Shown: piece by piece, positions 11,087-22,730 of the stretch
How the letters are laid out: each line of letters begins with the position of its first letter
Position numbering within the stretch: position 1 is the first letter of the stretch
Position numbers and translations under genes: made by a program
The notes under the pieces: model-generated
Seen by the model: only the letters and a program-made list of their open reading frames with translations
The model's database searches: none
What the model was told of the DNA's origin: nothing
Assembly (NCBI GenBank): GCA_001795385.1
Contig: MGOU01000020.1
Location: 27,539-91,538 of the forward strand
From: Clostridiales bacterium GWD2_32_19
GTDB lineage: Bacteria; Bacillota; Clostridia; Lachnospirales; UBA12420
DNA: 64,000 nt
Direction of reading: 5' to 3'

Positions 11087-11375
11087 GAACCAAAAACACA
11101 GGTATTCCCATATAAGATTTTTCAAGGTGTTTTAGTGCCATATCAACCTACCTCCTTTTAATAGGTAGTGGGGTTGAAGTTTTTATGTGTTTCATATTAT
11201 AAGTGATACTATATCTAAACATATGCATGTACCTTTTTTCTTACTAAAACATATTATATAATAAAGGTAATCAGATTATCCTTCAAATTAAAAATATAAT
11301 TACTTTTATATTTTGATTATTAAATGGATATTTATAAATCTAGTTTGCCTATTATCTTTATAAGGAGGTGTTAAT

Positions 11376-11576
11376 ATGTCTTGCAGAGGTTGTGGTTACG
11401 GTGGTTACGGTGGTTATGGTGGTTACGGTGGTTATGGTGGTTACAGTGGTTGTGGTTATGGTGGTTATGGTTGCGGTCATCGTGGCATAGGCTACGGAGG
11501 TTATCATGGTTTAGGTTATGGCGGTTATGGTATTCGCCCATATTACAATAGATTACCTTATTACTTTGGATATTAA
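11376..11576 (+). CDS. Gly/Tyr-rich low-complexity small protein (66 aa)
   Basis: AAGGAGG RBS 7 nt upstream. Sequence MSCRGCGYGGYGGYGGYGGYGGYSGCGYGGYGCG...PYYNRLPYYFGY. The DNA is a degenerate 9-bp ggttayggt array. A strong hairpin follows. Confidence 0.6.
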   Translation: MSCRGCGYGGYGGYGGYGGYGGYSGCGYGGYGCGHRGIGYGGYHGLGYGGYGIRPYYNRLPYYFGY

Positions 11577-11613
11577 CAAATTAAATTATAAACTACTAAA
11601 TTTATAATTTAAA

Positions 11614-11672
11614 GTCAAATAGCATACAAAAAAATGTAATTTAAAATTACATTTTTTTGTATGCTATTTGAC
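11614..11672. terminator. Bidirectional terminator (27-bp perfect stem)
   Basis: gtcaaatagcatacaaaaaaatgtaat-ttaaa-attacatttttttgtatgctatttgac, between the convergent GY-rich gene and gap. Confidence 0.7.
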
Positions 11673-11693
11673 TACTCATTTGCAATACTTCAC

Positions 11694-12749
<1,056 letters not shown>

Positions 12750-12792
12750 TTACTATTTTATACTATAGTATAAATTTTGGCAAGTTATTTTT

Positions 12793-13980
12793 TTATTTAT
12801 CCCTTATAGCTGCTATCCCTGGTAATTCTCCGCCTTCTAAGAATTCAAGTGAAGCTCCTCCACCTGTTGATATGTGAGTCATCTTATCTCCAAACCCTAG
12901 TTGAATTACGGCTGCTGCTGAGTCTCCACCACCAATAATTGTTGTGGCATCAAGACCGGCTAATGTTTTAGTTATTTCTAATGTACCTTTTGCGAAGTTT
13001 TCAAACTCGAACACACCCATAGGTCCGTTCCATACTACTGTTTTTGCGTCTTTTAGAGCCTTTTTGTATAATTCGATTGTGTCTGTTCCTATGTCAAGTG
13101 CCATGTAATCCACTGGGATTTCATCTTCATTTACTACCATAAATATCGCATCATTGCTAAATTCTTTCGCAACTGTGGCGTCCACTGGTAATAGTAACTC
13201 TACACCTTTTTCTTTTGCCAAATCAATCATCTTCTTAGCAAAATCTATACTTTCAGCGTCAAGTAACGACTTGCCTATCTCATAACCCTTAGCCTTATCG
13301 AAAGTATACGCCATACCTCCACCTATTATAAGTTTGTCTACCTTTGTTAGCAAGTTTTCGATAACTTTTATCTTGTCAGCAACCTTTGCTCCACCAAGTA
13401 TAGCTACAAATGGTCTAGCTGGGTTGTTTATAGCATCTCCAAGATATTTCAATTCTTTTCCAATTAAATATCCTACTGCGGTTTCTTTTATATATTTAGT
13501 AACCCCTGCTGTCGAGCAGTGCGCTCTGTGTGCACTGCCAAATGCATCATTTACATACATTTCAGCTAAGCTAGCTAATTCTTCACTAAAAATATCTTCA
13601 TTCTTTTCTTCTTCTTTTCTAAACCTTGTATTTTGAAGTAAAACTAAGTCCCCATCTTTCATTTCTGCAACTATTCTCTTAGTATTTTCACCTACTACAT
13701 TATCATCATCTGCAAATTTTACTTCCTTTCCTAGAAGTTCTGAAAGTCTTTTTGCAACTGGTTCTAATGAAAACTCTGGTGATGGTCCCTTTGCCTTACC
13801 TAAATGTGAACAGACTATAACTTGTCCACCATCACTCGTTAACTTCTTAATCGTTGGTAATGACTCCACAATACGATTTTCATCTTTTATAATACCGTCT
13901 TTCATAGGTACATTAAAGTCACATCTAAGTAATACTTTCTTTCCTCTCACATCTAAATCATCTATAGTCATTTTTGCCAT
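12793..13980 (-). CDS. pgk: Phosphoglycerate kinase
   Basis: 395-aa ORF with typical PGK N- and C-terminal blocks ([16 protein letters not shown]; GGGDSAAAV). Confidence 0.97.
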   Translation of the reverse strand: MAKMTIDDLDVRGKKVLLRCDFNVPMKDGIIKDENRIVESLPTIKKLTSDGGQVIVCSHLGKAKGPSPEFSLEPVAKRLSELLGKEVKFADDDNVVGENTKRIVAEMKDGDLVLLQNTRFRKEEEKNEDIFSEELASLAEMYVNDAFGSAHRAHCSTAGVTKYIKETAVGYLIGKELKYLGDAINNPARPFVAILGGAKVADKIKVIENLLTKVDKLIIGGGMAYTFDKAKGYEIGKSLLDAESIDFAKKMIDLAKEKGVELLLPVDATVAKEFSNDAIFMVVNEDEIPVDYMALDIGTDTIELYKKALKDAKTVVWNGPMGVFEFENFAKGTLEITKTLAGLDATTIIGGGDSAAAVIQLGFGDKMTHISTGGGASLEFLEGGELPGIAAIRDK

Positions 13981-14003
13981 AATTAATCCCCCTTGTATTT
14001 TTG

Positions 14004-14080
14004 GGTAGTGTAAAATATTTATAGTACTAAATACTACACTATCCCTTTATATTCAATATATTTTATTAGTATTATCTTCC
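14004..14080 (-). promoter_or_regulatory. Shared leader/promoter cassette, copy upstream of pgk
   Basis: ~77 bp repeated at 33995-34071 and 53800-53875. Each copy ends exactly 23 nt upstream of an ATG. Contains the TAGTGTA...TACACTA nested palindrome. Confidence 0.55.
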
Positions 14081-14250
14081 CCCTCCCTGTCATTGCGACA
14101 TCCTAAGACTTGGTTTGTGTATTGTGCAACCTAGCCATAGGAGTCCTCTAGGAGGGTGTACGAAGCAATCTCATCTTTCAAAAACGAGATTGCTTCGTCG
14201 AAAGAACCTCTCGCAATGACAAATTTGAGGTTTTCATTTTTTCATAAAAC
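14081..14250. repeat. MITE-like repeat, variant subfamily, inserted into the cassette
   Basis: It interrupts the sequence ...attatcttcc|ttttgacactatct..., which is contiguous in the plsX copy at 34071/34072. It carries the cattgcgac...gaagcaatctc...gagattgcttc...tcgcaatgac core plus a 60-bp extra segment. Confidence 0.7.
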
Positions 14251-14368
14251 TTTTGACACTATCTATTTTTGTCTATCATCTATCATATGTTGTATAATGT
14301 TTAACATTATCAACATTTTCCCATCCATATAAACCATTTATTACTCTGTGATCTATAAATATATTCGT

Positions 14369-14647
14369 TTAATTTAAGTTATCTTTGGCATGTTTAACCT
14401 TCCTCCTTCTAATTTTCTTTGCTAACTTTTTCCAGTGATATAAACCTTCTACATCTAATCCTAGATATATTACATACATTGTGAGCAATGCATAATTTTT
14501 TGTTACAATTCCAATTATCCCCCACAACAAACAACCTATAATCCAGTAATAATACGCACTCACCTGTTTTCTATTTATCAACACTTGTCCTAATATTGAT
14601 AATATAGTACCTGACCAACTGATAATGTCTATATATATTTTATCCAT
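14369..14647 (-). CDS. Small 3-TM membrane protein, PnuC-like in composition
   Basis: 92 aa with three hydrophobic segments and a basic tail. Weak resemblance to one repeat unit of PnuC-type transporters. Confidence 0.45.
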   Translation of the reverse strand: MDKIYIDIISWSGTILSILGQVLINRKQVSAYYYWIIGCLLWGIIGIVTKNYALLTMYVIYLGLDVEGLYHWKKLAKKIRRRKVKHAKDNLN

Positions 14648-14667
14648 GAAGTTTATCCCTCTCTATC

Positions 14668-14892
14668 CTAGATACATTCCTCAAATCTCTTTATCATTTC
14701 CCCATTCACATCTTTATAATCCACAAACATATCATAAGGTCTTACCCAAATTTTATTTTTATCACTTAAATCTTGGTAAACTACCATATTTTCAAGTGTT
14801 TCTGAGTGTTTCACAATATTTAGTATTATGTATTCCGTACCTTTGAAGTGTTTGTACTTTTTACCTACTATAGTATTCAAGAACATCACCAT
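14668..14892 (-). CDS. DUF1653-like small protein
   Basis: YKHFKGTEYIILNIVKHSETLENMVVYQDLSDKNKIWVRPYDMF matches my memory of the DUF1653 pattern. Confidence 0.65.
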   Translation of the reverse strand: MVMFLNTIVGKKYKHFKGTEYIILNIVKHSETLENMVVYQDLSDKNKIWVRPYDMFVDYKDVNGEMIKRFEECI

Positions 14893-14899
14893 CCTTATG

Positions 14900-14937
14900 T
14901 AAAAAACTACCCTCTCCCTACAACAAGGCGAGAGGGG
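14900..14937 (-). terminator. Terminator downstream of the second gap
   Basis: Stem ccctctc/gagaggg, with a T-run on the minus strand. Confidence 0.55.
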
Positions 14938-14986
14938 AACAATCTACAAGCTTTTACCACACAACTAACTATCCACTACCCACATT

Positions 14987-15985
14987 TTACATTTTAAACT
15001 TTGCTGATACATATTCTGTGATGTCGACTATTCTGTTTGCATATCCCCATTCATTGTCATACCATGCTATTATTTTCACCATATTTCTATCTATAACTAA
15101 TGTCGATAGTCCGTCTACTATGGCTGACCTAGAATCCTTTTTGAAGTCAATCGAAACAAGTGGTTCGTCTGTATACCCAAGTATTTTATCATCTGCTGAT
15201 TGTTTTAGTATCTTATTTACTTCTTCTACCGTAACATTTCTATTAAATTCTACCGTTAAATCGACTACTGATACATTAGGTGTAGGAACTCTGAGTGCTA
15301 TACCTTTTAGTTTTCCCTTCATCGACGGAATAATCTTACCAACGGCATCAGCCGCTCCTGTTGTTGTGGGTATTATAGATTCTGTTGCTGACCTTGCTTT
15401 CCTCAAGTCTTTATGTTGATGGTCAAGTAACTTTTGGTCATTAGTATACGAGTGTATTGTTGTAACGACACCTCTTTTTATGTCAAAACTATCGTTTAGT
15501 ACTTTTATAATTGGAACTAAACAATTAGCAGTGCAAGAAGCATTATCTATTATGTTATCCTTATCTGGGTCATAACTTTCTTCATTAACTCCCATAACTA
15601 TAGACTTTATATCCTTTTCTGTAGTATCAGCTGATATTATGACTTGTTTTGCCCCTGCTAGTAAGTGTAACCCCGCTTTCTTTCTGCTTTTATATTCCCC
15701 GGTAGCTTCTATGACTATGTCTATGTCTAAATCGCTCCAAGGTAGCTCAGCTGGGTTTTTAATAGATAATACTTTCACTTCTCTACCATTTACTATTAAT
15801 GCTTCTCCCTTAGCTTCCACAATTCCATTAAATATTCCATAACTACTATCATATTTAAGCAAATATGCTAATGTAGTTGCATCGGTCAAGTCATTAATGG
15901 CTACAATGTCAAGTCCTCTTTTCATTGCAATTTTAAAAGCATTTCTCCCTATTCTACCAAATCCATTAATAGCTATCCTTACCAT
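14987..15985 (-). CDS. gap: Glyceraldehyde-3-phosphate dehydrogenase, bacterial type I
   Basis: [18 protein letters not shown]...NASCTANCLVP...[11 protein letters not shown]. Confidence 0.93.
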   Translation of the reverse strand: MVRIAINGFGRIGRNAFKIAMKRGLDIVAINDLTDATTLAYLLKYDSSYGIFNGIVEAKGEALIVNGREVKVLSIKNPAELPWSDLDIDIVIEATGEYKSRKKAGLHLLAGAKQVIISADTTEKDIKSIVMGVNEESYDPDKDNIIDNASCTANCLVPIIKVLNDSFDIKRGVVTTIHSYTNDQKLLDHQHKDLRKARSATESIIPTTTGAADAVGKIIPSMKGKLKGIALRVPTPNVSVVDLTVEFNRNVTVEEVNKILKQSADDKILGYTDEPLVSIDFKKDSRSAIVDGLSTLVIDRNMVKIIAWYDNEWGYANRIVDITEYVSAKFKM

Positions 15986-16101
15986 AATACTCTCCTTTCA
16001 ACAACAAAATTAAACTTTATTTGCAAATATAATTTTAAAATACTCATGTATATCAATATTTTATATTATTACCAATTTTTTTGCAAGTATATTTAAAAAA
16101 A

Positions 16102-17520
16102 TTAAAAATCAAGTCTTTCCTTAAAGTAAGCTTCTAGTTCTTCTATTTTCACTCTTTCTTGTAGCATGCTGTCTCTGTGCCTAACTGTTACGCATTTGTC
16201 ATTTTCAGACTCAAAGTCATAGGTAATACAGAAAGGCGTTCCTATTTCATCTTGTCTTCTATACCTTTTACCTATACTTCCTGAATCGTCATATTCTACA
16301 TTATACAGTGCGCTCATTTTTTCAAATACAATTTTTGTCCCATCTTCTAACTTCTTAGATAATGGAAACACGCCCATCTTAATAGGTGAAAGAAATGGGT
16401 GTAATCTAAGTACAGTTCGTACATCTCCTTCTCCTACTTCTTCCTCATCATAAGCATTACACAAAAACGCAAGCGTTACCCTATCAGCTCCAAGTGATGG
16501 CTCAATGCAGTATGGTATGTATTTTTCGTTAGTTTCTTGATCAAAAAACGACATATCCTCACCTGAATTTTCCATATGATTTTTTAAATCAAAATCTGTT
16601 CTATCAGCTATACCCCATATTTCATCCCAACCAAAAGGAAATCTGTACTCAATATCTGATGTAGCCTTACTATAATGAGTTAACTCCTCCTTAGTTTGGT
16701 TATAAAACCTTACATTATCTGTTCTCATTCCTAAATCGAATAACCATTTCATGCAAAACTCTTTCCAGTAGCTAAACCATATCAAATCTTCTTCTTCTTT
16801 ACAGAAAAACTCTAATTCCATCTGCTCAAATTCACGAGTTCTAAATGTAAAGTTTCCTGGAGTTATTTCATTTCTAAAAGCTTTACCTATTTGTCCTATA
16901 CCAAAAGGTATTTTCTTTCTTGATGACCTTTGGACATTTTTAAAATTTACAAATATACCTTGTGCTGTTTCAGGTCTTAAATATACAGTGTTTTTATTAT
17001 CTTCAGTTACACCTTGAAAAGTCTTAAACATTATATTAAATTGACGTATGTTTGTAAAATTCATTGCATCACATGACGGACATTTAATGAGATTTTCTTT
17101 AATAAAATCCTCTAATTCTTTTTCTGTCCACGCATCTGGGTTTTTTTCTACTGCAATATCATTTTCTTTCATATATTGTTTGACAAGTTTATCTGCTCTA
17201 AATCTTTCATGACATTCTTTACAATCCATAAGCGGATCTGTTGCTTTATTTACATGACCTGAAGCAACCCACACTTGTGGATTCATAAGTATAGCTGAAT
17301 CCATTCCTACATTGTGCTGATTTTGTTGTATAAATTTCTTCCACCATGCTTTCTTCACATTATTTTTAAGCTCCACTCCAAGTGGACCATAATCCCAAGT
17401 ATTTGCAAGTCCCCCGTATATATCACTTCCTGGATACACAAATCCTCTATTTTTAGCAAGTGCAACTAGTTTATCCATTGTTACCTCAACTTTTATTTCA
17501 TTTGTTTTTAACTCTTCCAT
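16102..17520 (-). CDS. glyQS: Glycine--tRNA ligase (dimeric class II)
   Basis: 472-aa [35 protein letters not shown] 8 nt upstream. Confidence 0.95.
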   Translation of the reverse strand: MEELKTNEIKVEVTMDKLVALAKNRGFVYPGSDIYGGLANTWDYGPLGVELKNNVKKAWWKKFIQQNQHNVGMDSAILMNPQVWVASGHVNKATDPLMDCKECHERFRADKLVKQYMKENDIAVEKNPDAWTEKELEDFIKENLIKCPSCDAMNFTNIRQFNIMFKTFQGVTEDNKNTVYLRPETAQGIFVNFKNVQRSSRKKIPFGIGQIGKAFRNEITPGNFTFRTREFEQMELEFFCKEEEDLIWFSYWKEFCMKWLFDLGMRTDNVRFYNQTKEELTHYSKATSDIEYRFPFGWDEIWGIADRTDFDLKNHMENSGEDMSFFDQETNEKYIPYCIEPSLGADRVTLAFLCNAYDEEEVGEGDVRTVLRLHPFLSPIKMGVFPLSKKLEDGTKIVFEKMSALYNVEYDDSGSIGKRYRRQDEIGTPFCITYDFESENDKCVTVRHRDSMLQERVKIEELEAYFKERLDF

Positions 17521-17561
17521 AAACTTTACCTCCTAATTTTTATTTTATATTTTTTTATATT

Positions 17562-17768
17562 AAAAAAACTCACCTCATATTACTATAAATAATAATATGG
17601 GGTGAGTTTTTTCGACCCACGGTTCCACCCAAATTAGATACCAGATATATAAAACACCCAATCTCTATCTCTATTTTTTAACGCCAACTCCGCGGTTTTG
17701 CTAGAAAAGTTCCCTTCACCAAAATAATTAACTAGACTCACACCCTCTCTAGATCGCTTTATAATTAT
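17562..17768 (-). promoter_or_regulatory. T-box riboswitch leader (glycine, GGC specifier)
   Basis: Minus strand shows Stem I AGAGAGGGTG, a specifier region ...agttGGCgtt, the T-box aatttgggtggaaccgtggg, and a terminator aaaaaactcacc...ggtgagttttttt. Confidence 0.85.
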
Positions 17769-17994
17769 CTTTGACTACTGCTCTTTCATCACTGCAAAAT
17801 ATCATTTACTAGATGTTACCATATTTTTTATACTTTGTCAATATAAAAAATATGCAATCCAACAATTTTATTTTATACCACAAAACTTATTACACCTTAA
17901 ATCCAATTTATTTATTTTATTTTCCCCTGCATAAAATCAAAATTTTTACTAATATTATTATTGAGTTTAAATATAACCATATGGGAGGTCAATT

Positions 17995-18210
17995 ATGAAA
18001 GATAACAAGTCTATAAAATGTTCTGTAGAAGAGTGCGTATATAATGATATTGATAAATCTTTTTGTACTTTAGATGACATCAATGTTACATCTGATAATG
18101 ATATGGAGTTTAATGCTATATGTTCTAGCTTTGAGCCAAGTGATGAGGAAACTGATTACGAAGGTGATGATGATAGTGATGATGAAAGTAATCCAGACGA
18201 CCACGAATAA
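17995..18210 (+). CDS. DUF1540-like Cys-rich small protein with acidic tail
   Basis: KCSVEECVYN...FCTLDDINV...AICSSFE pattern. GGGAGG RBS. Confidence 0.6.
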   Translation: MKDNKSIKCSVEECVYNDIDKSFCTLDDINVTSDNDMEFNAICSSFEPSDEETDYEGDDDSDDESNPDDHE

Positions 18211-18212
18211 TG

Positions 18213-18244
18213 AAAAAGCTACAAGCATCTGCTTGTAGCTTTTT
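18213..18244. terminator. Bidirectional terminator
   Basis: Stem agctacaagc-atct-gcttgtagct, flanked by A and T runs. Confidence 0.75.
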
Positions 18245-18267
18245 CATTATATTATTTATTTTACTTT

Positions 18268-18531
18268 TTACTTTCTACTTTCTACTATTAATTTTACTGC
18301 TGTTCTTTCTTCTCCATCTATCTGAATTTCTGTAAATGCAGGAATACAGATCAAATCTATTCCAGCTGGGGCAATATATCCTCTTGCAATAATCACTGCT
18401 TTTACTGCTTGGTTAATTGCTCCTGCACCTACTGCTTGTACTTCTGCTGTTCCTTTTTCACGAATTGTATTTGCTAATGCTCCTGCCACAGAGTTAGGAT
18501 TAGATTTTGCCGCCACTTTTAATACTTCCAT
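18268..18531 (-). CDS. spoVS: Stage V sporulation protein S
   Basis: MEVLKVAAKSNPNSVAGALA...GAGAINQAVKAV..., 87 aa. Confidence 0.93.
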   Translation of the reverse strand: MEVLKVAAKSNPNSVAGALANTIREKGTAEVQAVGAGAINQAVKAVIIARGYIAPAGIDLICIPAFTEIQIDGEERTAVKLIVESRK

Positions 18532-18612
18532 TATTATTACCCCCTAGTATTGTGAAAAATTTATTTTAAAATTATCTTAAACATACAATAATTTTATTGT
18601 TTATCATTTGTT

Positions 18613-20163
18613 TTACTTAGCATATTCTACTGACCTTGTTTCTCTTATAACGCTAACTTTTATTTGTCCTGGGTATTCCATAGAAGATTCAATTTGTTTT
18701 GCTACTTCTCTTGATAACACAACCATTGCATCGTCATCAACTTCTTCTGGAATAACCATTACTCTAATTTCCCTACCTGCCTGAATAGCATAAGATTTTT
18801 CGATTCCTTTAAATGAATTTGCTATTCCTTCAAGTTTTTGTAACCTCTTTATGTAAGATTCGAGTGTCTCGCGTCTTGCACCTGGTCTTGAAGCAGATAT
18901 AGCGTCAGCTACTTGTACCAAAACAGATATGATATATTTTGGTTCTTCGTCTCCATGATGAGATGCGAGTGCATTCTTCACTATATCGTTTTCTCCATAT
19001 TTATTACACAACTCTAGACCTATTTCAATATGTGTTCCCTCTTTTTCATAATCAACTGCTTTACCTATATCATGTAAGAGTCCTGCTCTTTTTGCCATAG
19101 CCACATTTTCGCCAAGCTCAGCTGCAAGTAATCCAGATAAATGTGCAACCTCTATAGAATGTTTAAGTACATTTTGTCCATAACTTGTCCTATATTTTAG
19201 TTTTCCTAAAAGTTTAACAAGTTCAGGATTTATTAATGTGACACCTAACTCCATAAGAGCTTGTTCACCTGTTTCTTTTATTTCATCTTTTATTTCCTTT
19301 TCAACTTTTAAAATAGTTTCTTCTATTCTAGCTGGATGAATTCTTCCATCAGCTATAAGTCTCTCTAAAGTAATTCTTGCAATTTCTCTTCTTACAGGGT
19401 CAAATCCTGACAATATTACCGCATCTGGAGTATCATCTATTATCAAATCTATACCAGTTAAGGTTTCTAATGCCCTTATATTTCTTCCTTCTCTACCTAT
19501 TATTCTACCTTTCATATCATCGCTAGGTAAAGTTACAACTGATACTGTAGTCTCAGCTACATGGTCAACTGCACATTTCTGAATTGCACTTACTATGACT
19601 TCTTTGGCTCTTTTATTTGCTTCTTCCTTCGCCTTGCTTTCTTCTTCTCTTATTAACTTAGCCATCTCATGCGTCATATCATCTTTTACAGACTCTAGTA
19701 AATATACTTTTGCTTGATCTGTCGTGAAATTCGAAATTTTTTCTAGTACTTCTACCTCTTTTAATTTCAAATTTTCAATTTCATTCCTAGTTTCATCTAA
19801 CTTTTCTGATTTCTTTTCTATTGATTCCTCTTTTTTATCGAGAGATGATGATTTTCTGTCAAGAGAATCTTCTTTTTGAATTAGCCTTTTCTCTGCTAAT
19901 TGTAGTTCATCTCTTCTAACTTTAATTTCTTTTTCAATTTCTGACTTCATTTTTATTTTTTCTTCTTTTGCTTCTAGCATCATTTCTTTCTTTGTTGCTT
20001 CTGTTTGTTTTGCTGCACTATCTATAATTTGCTTTGCTTTTATTTCTGCGCTTTCAATCTTCCCTTCCGCAAGTTTTTTTCTTATTACAACACCTGCTGC
20101 GAAAGATACTATTCCAGTAATTAGCGCTACTATCATTGTTAATAGTATATCGATGACTATCAC
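18613..20163 (-). CDS. rny: Ribonuclease Y
   Basis: N-terminal TM helix, coiled-coil, KH ([12 protein letters not shown]) and HD (LLHDIGK) domains. Start uncertain: the GTG at 20163 abuts the GGAGG, and the alternative ATG is at 20136. Confidence 0.92.
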   Translation of the reverse strand: MIVIDILLTMIVALITGIVSFAAGVVIRKKLAEGKIESAEIKAKQIIDSAAKQTEATKKEMMLEAKEEKIKMKSEIEKEIKVRRDELQLAEKRLIQKEDSLDRKSSSLDKKEESIEKKSEKLDETRNEIENLKLKEVEVLEKISNFTTDQAKVYLLESVKDDMTHEMAKLIREEESKAKEEANKRAKEVIVSAIQKCAVDHVAETTVSVVTLPSDDMKGRIIGREGRNIRALETLTGIDLIIDDTPDAVILSGFDPVRREIARITLERLIADGRIHPARIEETILKVEKEIKDEIKETGEQALMELGVTLINPELVKLLGKLKYRTSYGQNVLKHSIEVAHLSGLLAAELGENVAMAKRAGLLHDIGKAVDYEKEGTHIEIGLELCNKYGENDIVKNALASHHGDEEPKYIISVLVQVADAISASRPGARRETLESYIKRLQKLEGIANSFKGIEKSYAIQAGREIRVMVIPEEVDDDAMVVLSREVAKQIESSMEYPGQIKVSVIRETRSVEYAK

Positions 20164-20257
20164 CTCCTATGATTCAAAGTACAAAGTTCAGATTACAAAG
20201 TAAAAAGTAAAACTTCATTTCTTGGTAAATCATTCTTCATCCTTTGTGATTTGTTAT

Positions 20258-21331
20258 TTATTTTTTTGTTTTTTGTTCTTTGTTATCTGTTACCTGTTCT
20301 TCATTATTGTCCAAATTTTCTATTTCTAAATTTGAAACATCCTTTAAGTTAAAATGAGTTCTTACTGTTTTCTCAATTTCAATGCATATATCTGGGTTAT
20401 CAGTAAGAAATTGTTTTGCATTTTCCCTACCTTGACCTATTCTCATGTCTCCATACGAATACCATGCTCCACTTTTTATTACTATATTTAGTTTTGAAGC
20501 TAAGTCCAGAATATCTCCTTCTTTTGATATGCCTGTCCCATACATTATATCAAACTCAGCTATCTTAAATGGTGGAGCTACCTTGTTTTTTACAACTTTT
20601 ACTTTTGTTCTATTTCCTATAAATTCTTCTCCTTGTTTTAATGTTTCAGTTTTCCTCACATCGAGTCTAATTGTAGCATAAAACTTAAGAGCTCTACCGC
20701 CTGTTGTTGTCTCAGGACTTCCAAACATAACCCCTACTTTTTCACGTAATTGATTTATAAATATGACAGATGTCTTTGACTTACTAACTATTGCTGTTAA
20801 CTTTCTCAGTGCTTGTGACATCAATCTTGCTTGCAAGCCTATATGAGAATCTCCCATATCGCCTTCAATTTCTGCTTTTGGTACAAGAGCTGCAACAGAA
20901 TCGACAACTACTATATCAACTGCCCCTGATCGTACCATAATTTCAACTATTTCAAGTGCTTGCTCACCATTGTCAGGTTGTGAAATATAAAGTGAATCTA
21001 TATCTACTCCCAATTTTTTTGCATATGCAGGGTCTAATGCATGTTCTGCATCTATAAAAGCTGCTATGCCCCCTCTTTTTTGAGCCTCAGCTATCATATG
21101 TAATGATACTGTCGTCTTACCAGAAGACTCAGGTCCAAATATTTCTACTATTCTTCCTCTTGGTACTCCACCTACTCCTAATGCAATATCAAGACTTATT
21201 GATCCCGTTGGAGTTGCAGGTATGTTTGCATGATCCATAGAATCCCCAAGTTTCATTATTGAACCTTTTCCAAACTCTTTTTGTATTTGTGTTAATGCTG
21301 ATTCTAATGCATTTTGCCTATTATTATCCAT
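20258..21331 (-). CDS. recA: Recombinase A
   Basis: [16 protein letters not shown]...[28 protein letters not shown]. Confidence 0.98.
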   Translation of the reverse strand: MDNNRQNALESALTQIQKEFGKGSIMKLGDSMDHANIPATPTGSISLDIALGVGGVPRGRIVEIFGPESSGKTTVSLHMIAEAQKRGGIAAFIDAEHALDPAYAKKLGVDIDSLYISQPDNGEQALEIVEIMVRSGAVDIVVVDSVAALVPKAEIEGDMGDSHIGLQARLMSQALRKLTAIVSKSKTSVIFINQLREKVGVMFGSPETTTGGRALKFYATIRLDVRKTETLKQGEEFIGNRTKVKVVKNKVAPPFKIAEFDIMYGTGISKEGDILDLASKLNIVIKSGAWYSYGDMRIGQGRENAKQFLTDNPDICIEIEKTVRTHFNLKDVSNLEIENLDNNEEQVTDNKEQKTKK

Positions 21332-21481
21332 TTATACTATCATCCTTTCGAGCAAATTATATATTGAAATTTACTAGTATATAGTTCATACTTTCTTATA
21401 AATGTATGTTTTTACCATTCTATAGTGCGTATTCCCCATTTACTAACTTATAGTATAACTTAATTTTAAATAATGGTCAAT

Positions 21482-21520
21482 AAAAAAAATCATAATTTTT
21501 TAAAAAATTATGATTTTTTT
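21482..21520. terminator. AT-rich hairpin downstream of secF
   Basis: aaaaaaaatcataatttttt/aaaaaattatgattttttt palindrome. Confidence 0.5.
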
Positions 21521-21536
21521 ATAAAATTAAAAACAT

Positions 21537-22697
21537 TTAGGCATTTTTTTCATCATTTTTGACTAAATCATACCAAAATGGACTTGAATTTCCTATAGAA
21601 GAGTATGTCCCTGCTATTATACCTATCATAAGAGGAAATGTAAATTCTCTTAATGACTCCACTCCAAATACAAACAAAACTGCTACTACCATAACTGTTG
21701 TAAAAGATGTATTTATTGATCTTCCAAAAGTTTCTGTTATACTACTATTTATTAATTCTACTAAATTTAATTTTTTGTAAAGCTTTTTATTTTCTCTTAT
21801 TCTATCAAATATTATAACGGTGTCATTTATAGAATAACCTATTATGGTAAGTATAGCTGCTATAAAAGCATTATTTATAGGTATTCTAAATATTGCATAA
21901 ACCGCAAGTACTATTAATACATCATGTAATAATGTCAAACCTGATGCAATACCCATTTTTAGATCTTTAAATCTAAATGATATATATAACATAATTAATA
22001 AAGTACCAATTAGAACCGAACTTATAGCATTTAAAAACATTTCATTACTTATTGTTGGCGATATATCTTCAGTAGATATAAATGCTTTACTTGTTAAATC
22101 ATATTTCTCAGATAGTCCTTTAATTACCTCATCAATGTAATTTTGGTATGTTGTAACTGACTCTGTTTGGGCAGGTGTATCTGTAATTACCGCTGGCACT
22201 GTTTGAGCAGGTGTTTCATTTGATGTGCTTGTCGTAACAGGTGTTGCAGCCTTTGTTCCATCAACATTCAAAGGTTGTACATCAGTTGTTTGTACATCTT
22301 GAACTGGAACTGATGGTGTTACTACTGGCAACTGCTTATTAACATCTGGTACTAGGCTTTCTGGTAGAGCCGCAGCCTCTACTTTATTACCTTTTATAAC
22401 CTTCTCTTTTATTTGGTATTTGATTATAACTGTATTTTCATTTTGTACCTTTTGCACTTGTACACTTTCTGATTTTGTTACACCATAAACGATTTTCTCT
22501 ATGTCCTCTTTAATAAATTCTTTACCTATGTTTACTTTCATAATCGTTCCGCCAGTAAAGTCTATATCATAATTTAGCATAGTATCATTATTTATAAACT
22601 TATACGTAAACATAGCAATAAAACCTGCTAATATTATAACTATCGAAAATGTATAGAATTTCATTCTATTCTCTATTATTTTCATTATTTTCATCAA
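21537..22697 (-). CDS. secF: Protein translocase subunit SecF, with low-complexity insert
   Basis: C-terminal six-TM SecF core. The exported loop carries a ~85-aa P/T/V/Q-rich segment. Confidence 0.9.
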   Translation of the reverse strand: MMKIMKIIENRMKFYTFSIVIILAGFIAMFTYKFINNDTMLNYDIDFTGGTIMKVNIGKEFIKEDIEKIVYGVTKSESVQVQKVQNENTVIIKYQIKEKVIKGNKVEAAALPESLVPDVNKQLPVVTPSVPVQDVQTTDVQPLNVDGTKAATPVTTSTSNETPAQTVPAVITDTPAQTESVTTYQNYIDEVIKGLSEKYDLTSKAFISTEDISPTISNEMFLNAISSVLIGTLLIMLYISFRFKDLKMGIASGLTLLHDVLIVLAVYAIFRIPINNAFIAAILTIIGYSINDTVIIFDRIRENKKLYKKLNLVELINSSITETFGRSINTSFTTVMVVAVLFVFGVESLREFTFPLMIGIIAGTYSSIGNSSPFWYDLVKNDEKNA

Positions 22698-22730
22698 TTT
22701 CTCTCCTTTTCTTTTGGTTAGTAGATATAT

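Noticed and set aside
21332-21420. A LexA/Cheo box (GAAC-N4-GTTC) upstream of recA.
   Set aside because: Only a half-match (GAACTATATACT) was found. No convincing palindrome is present, so no SOS box is called.
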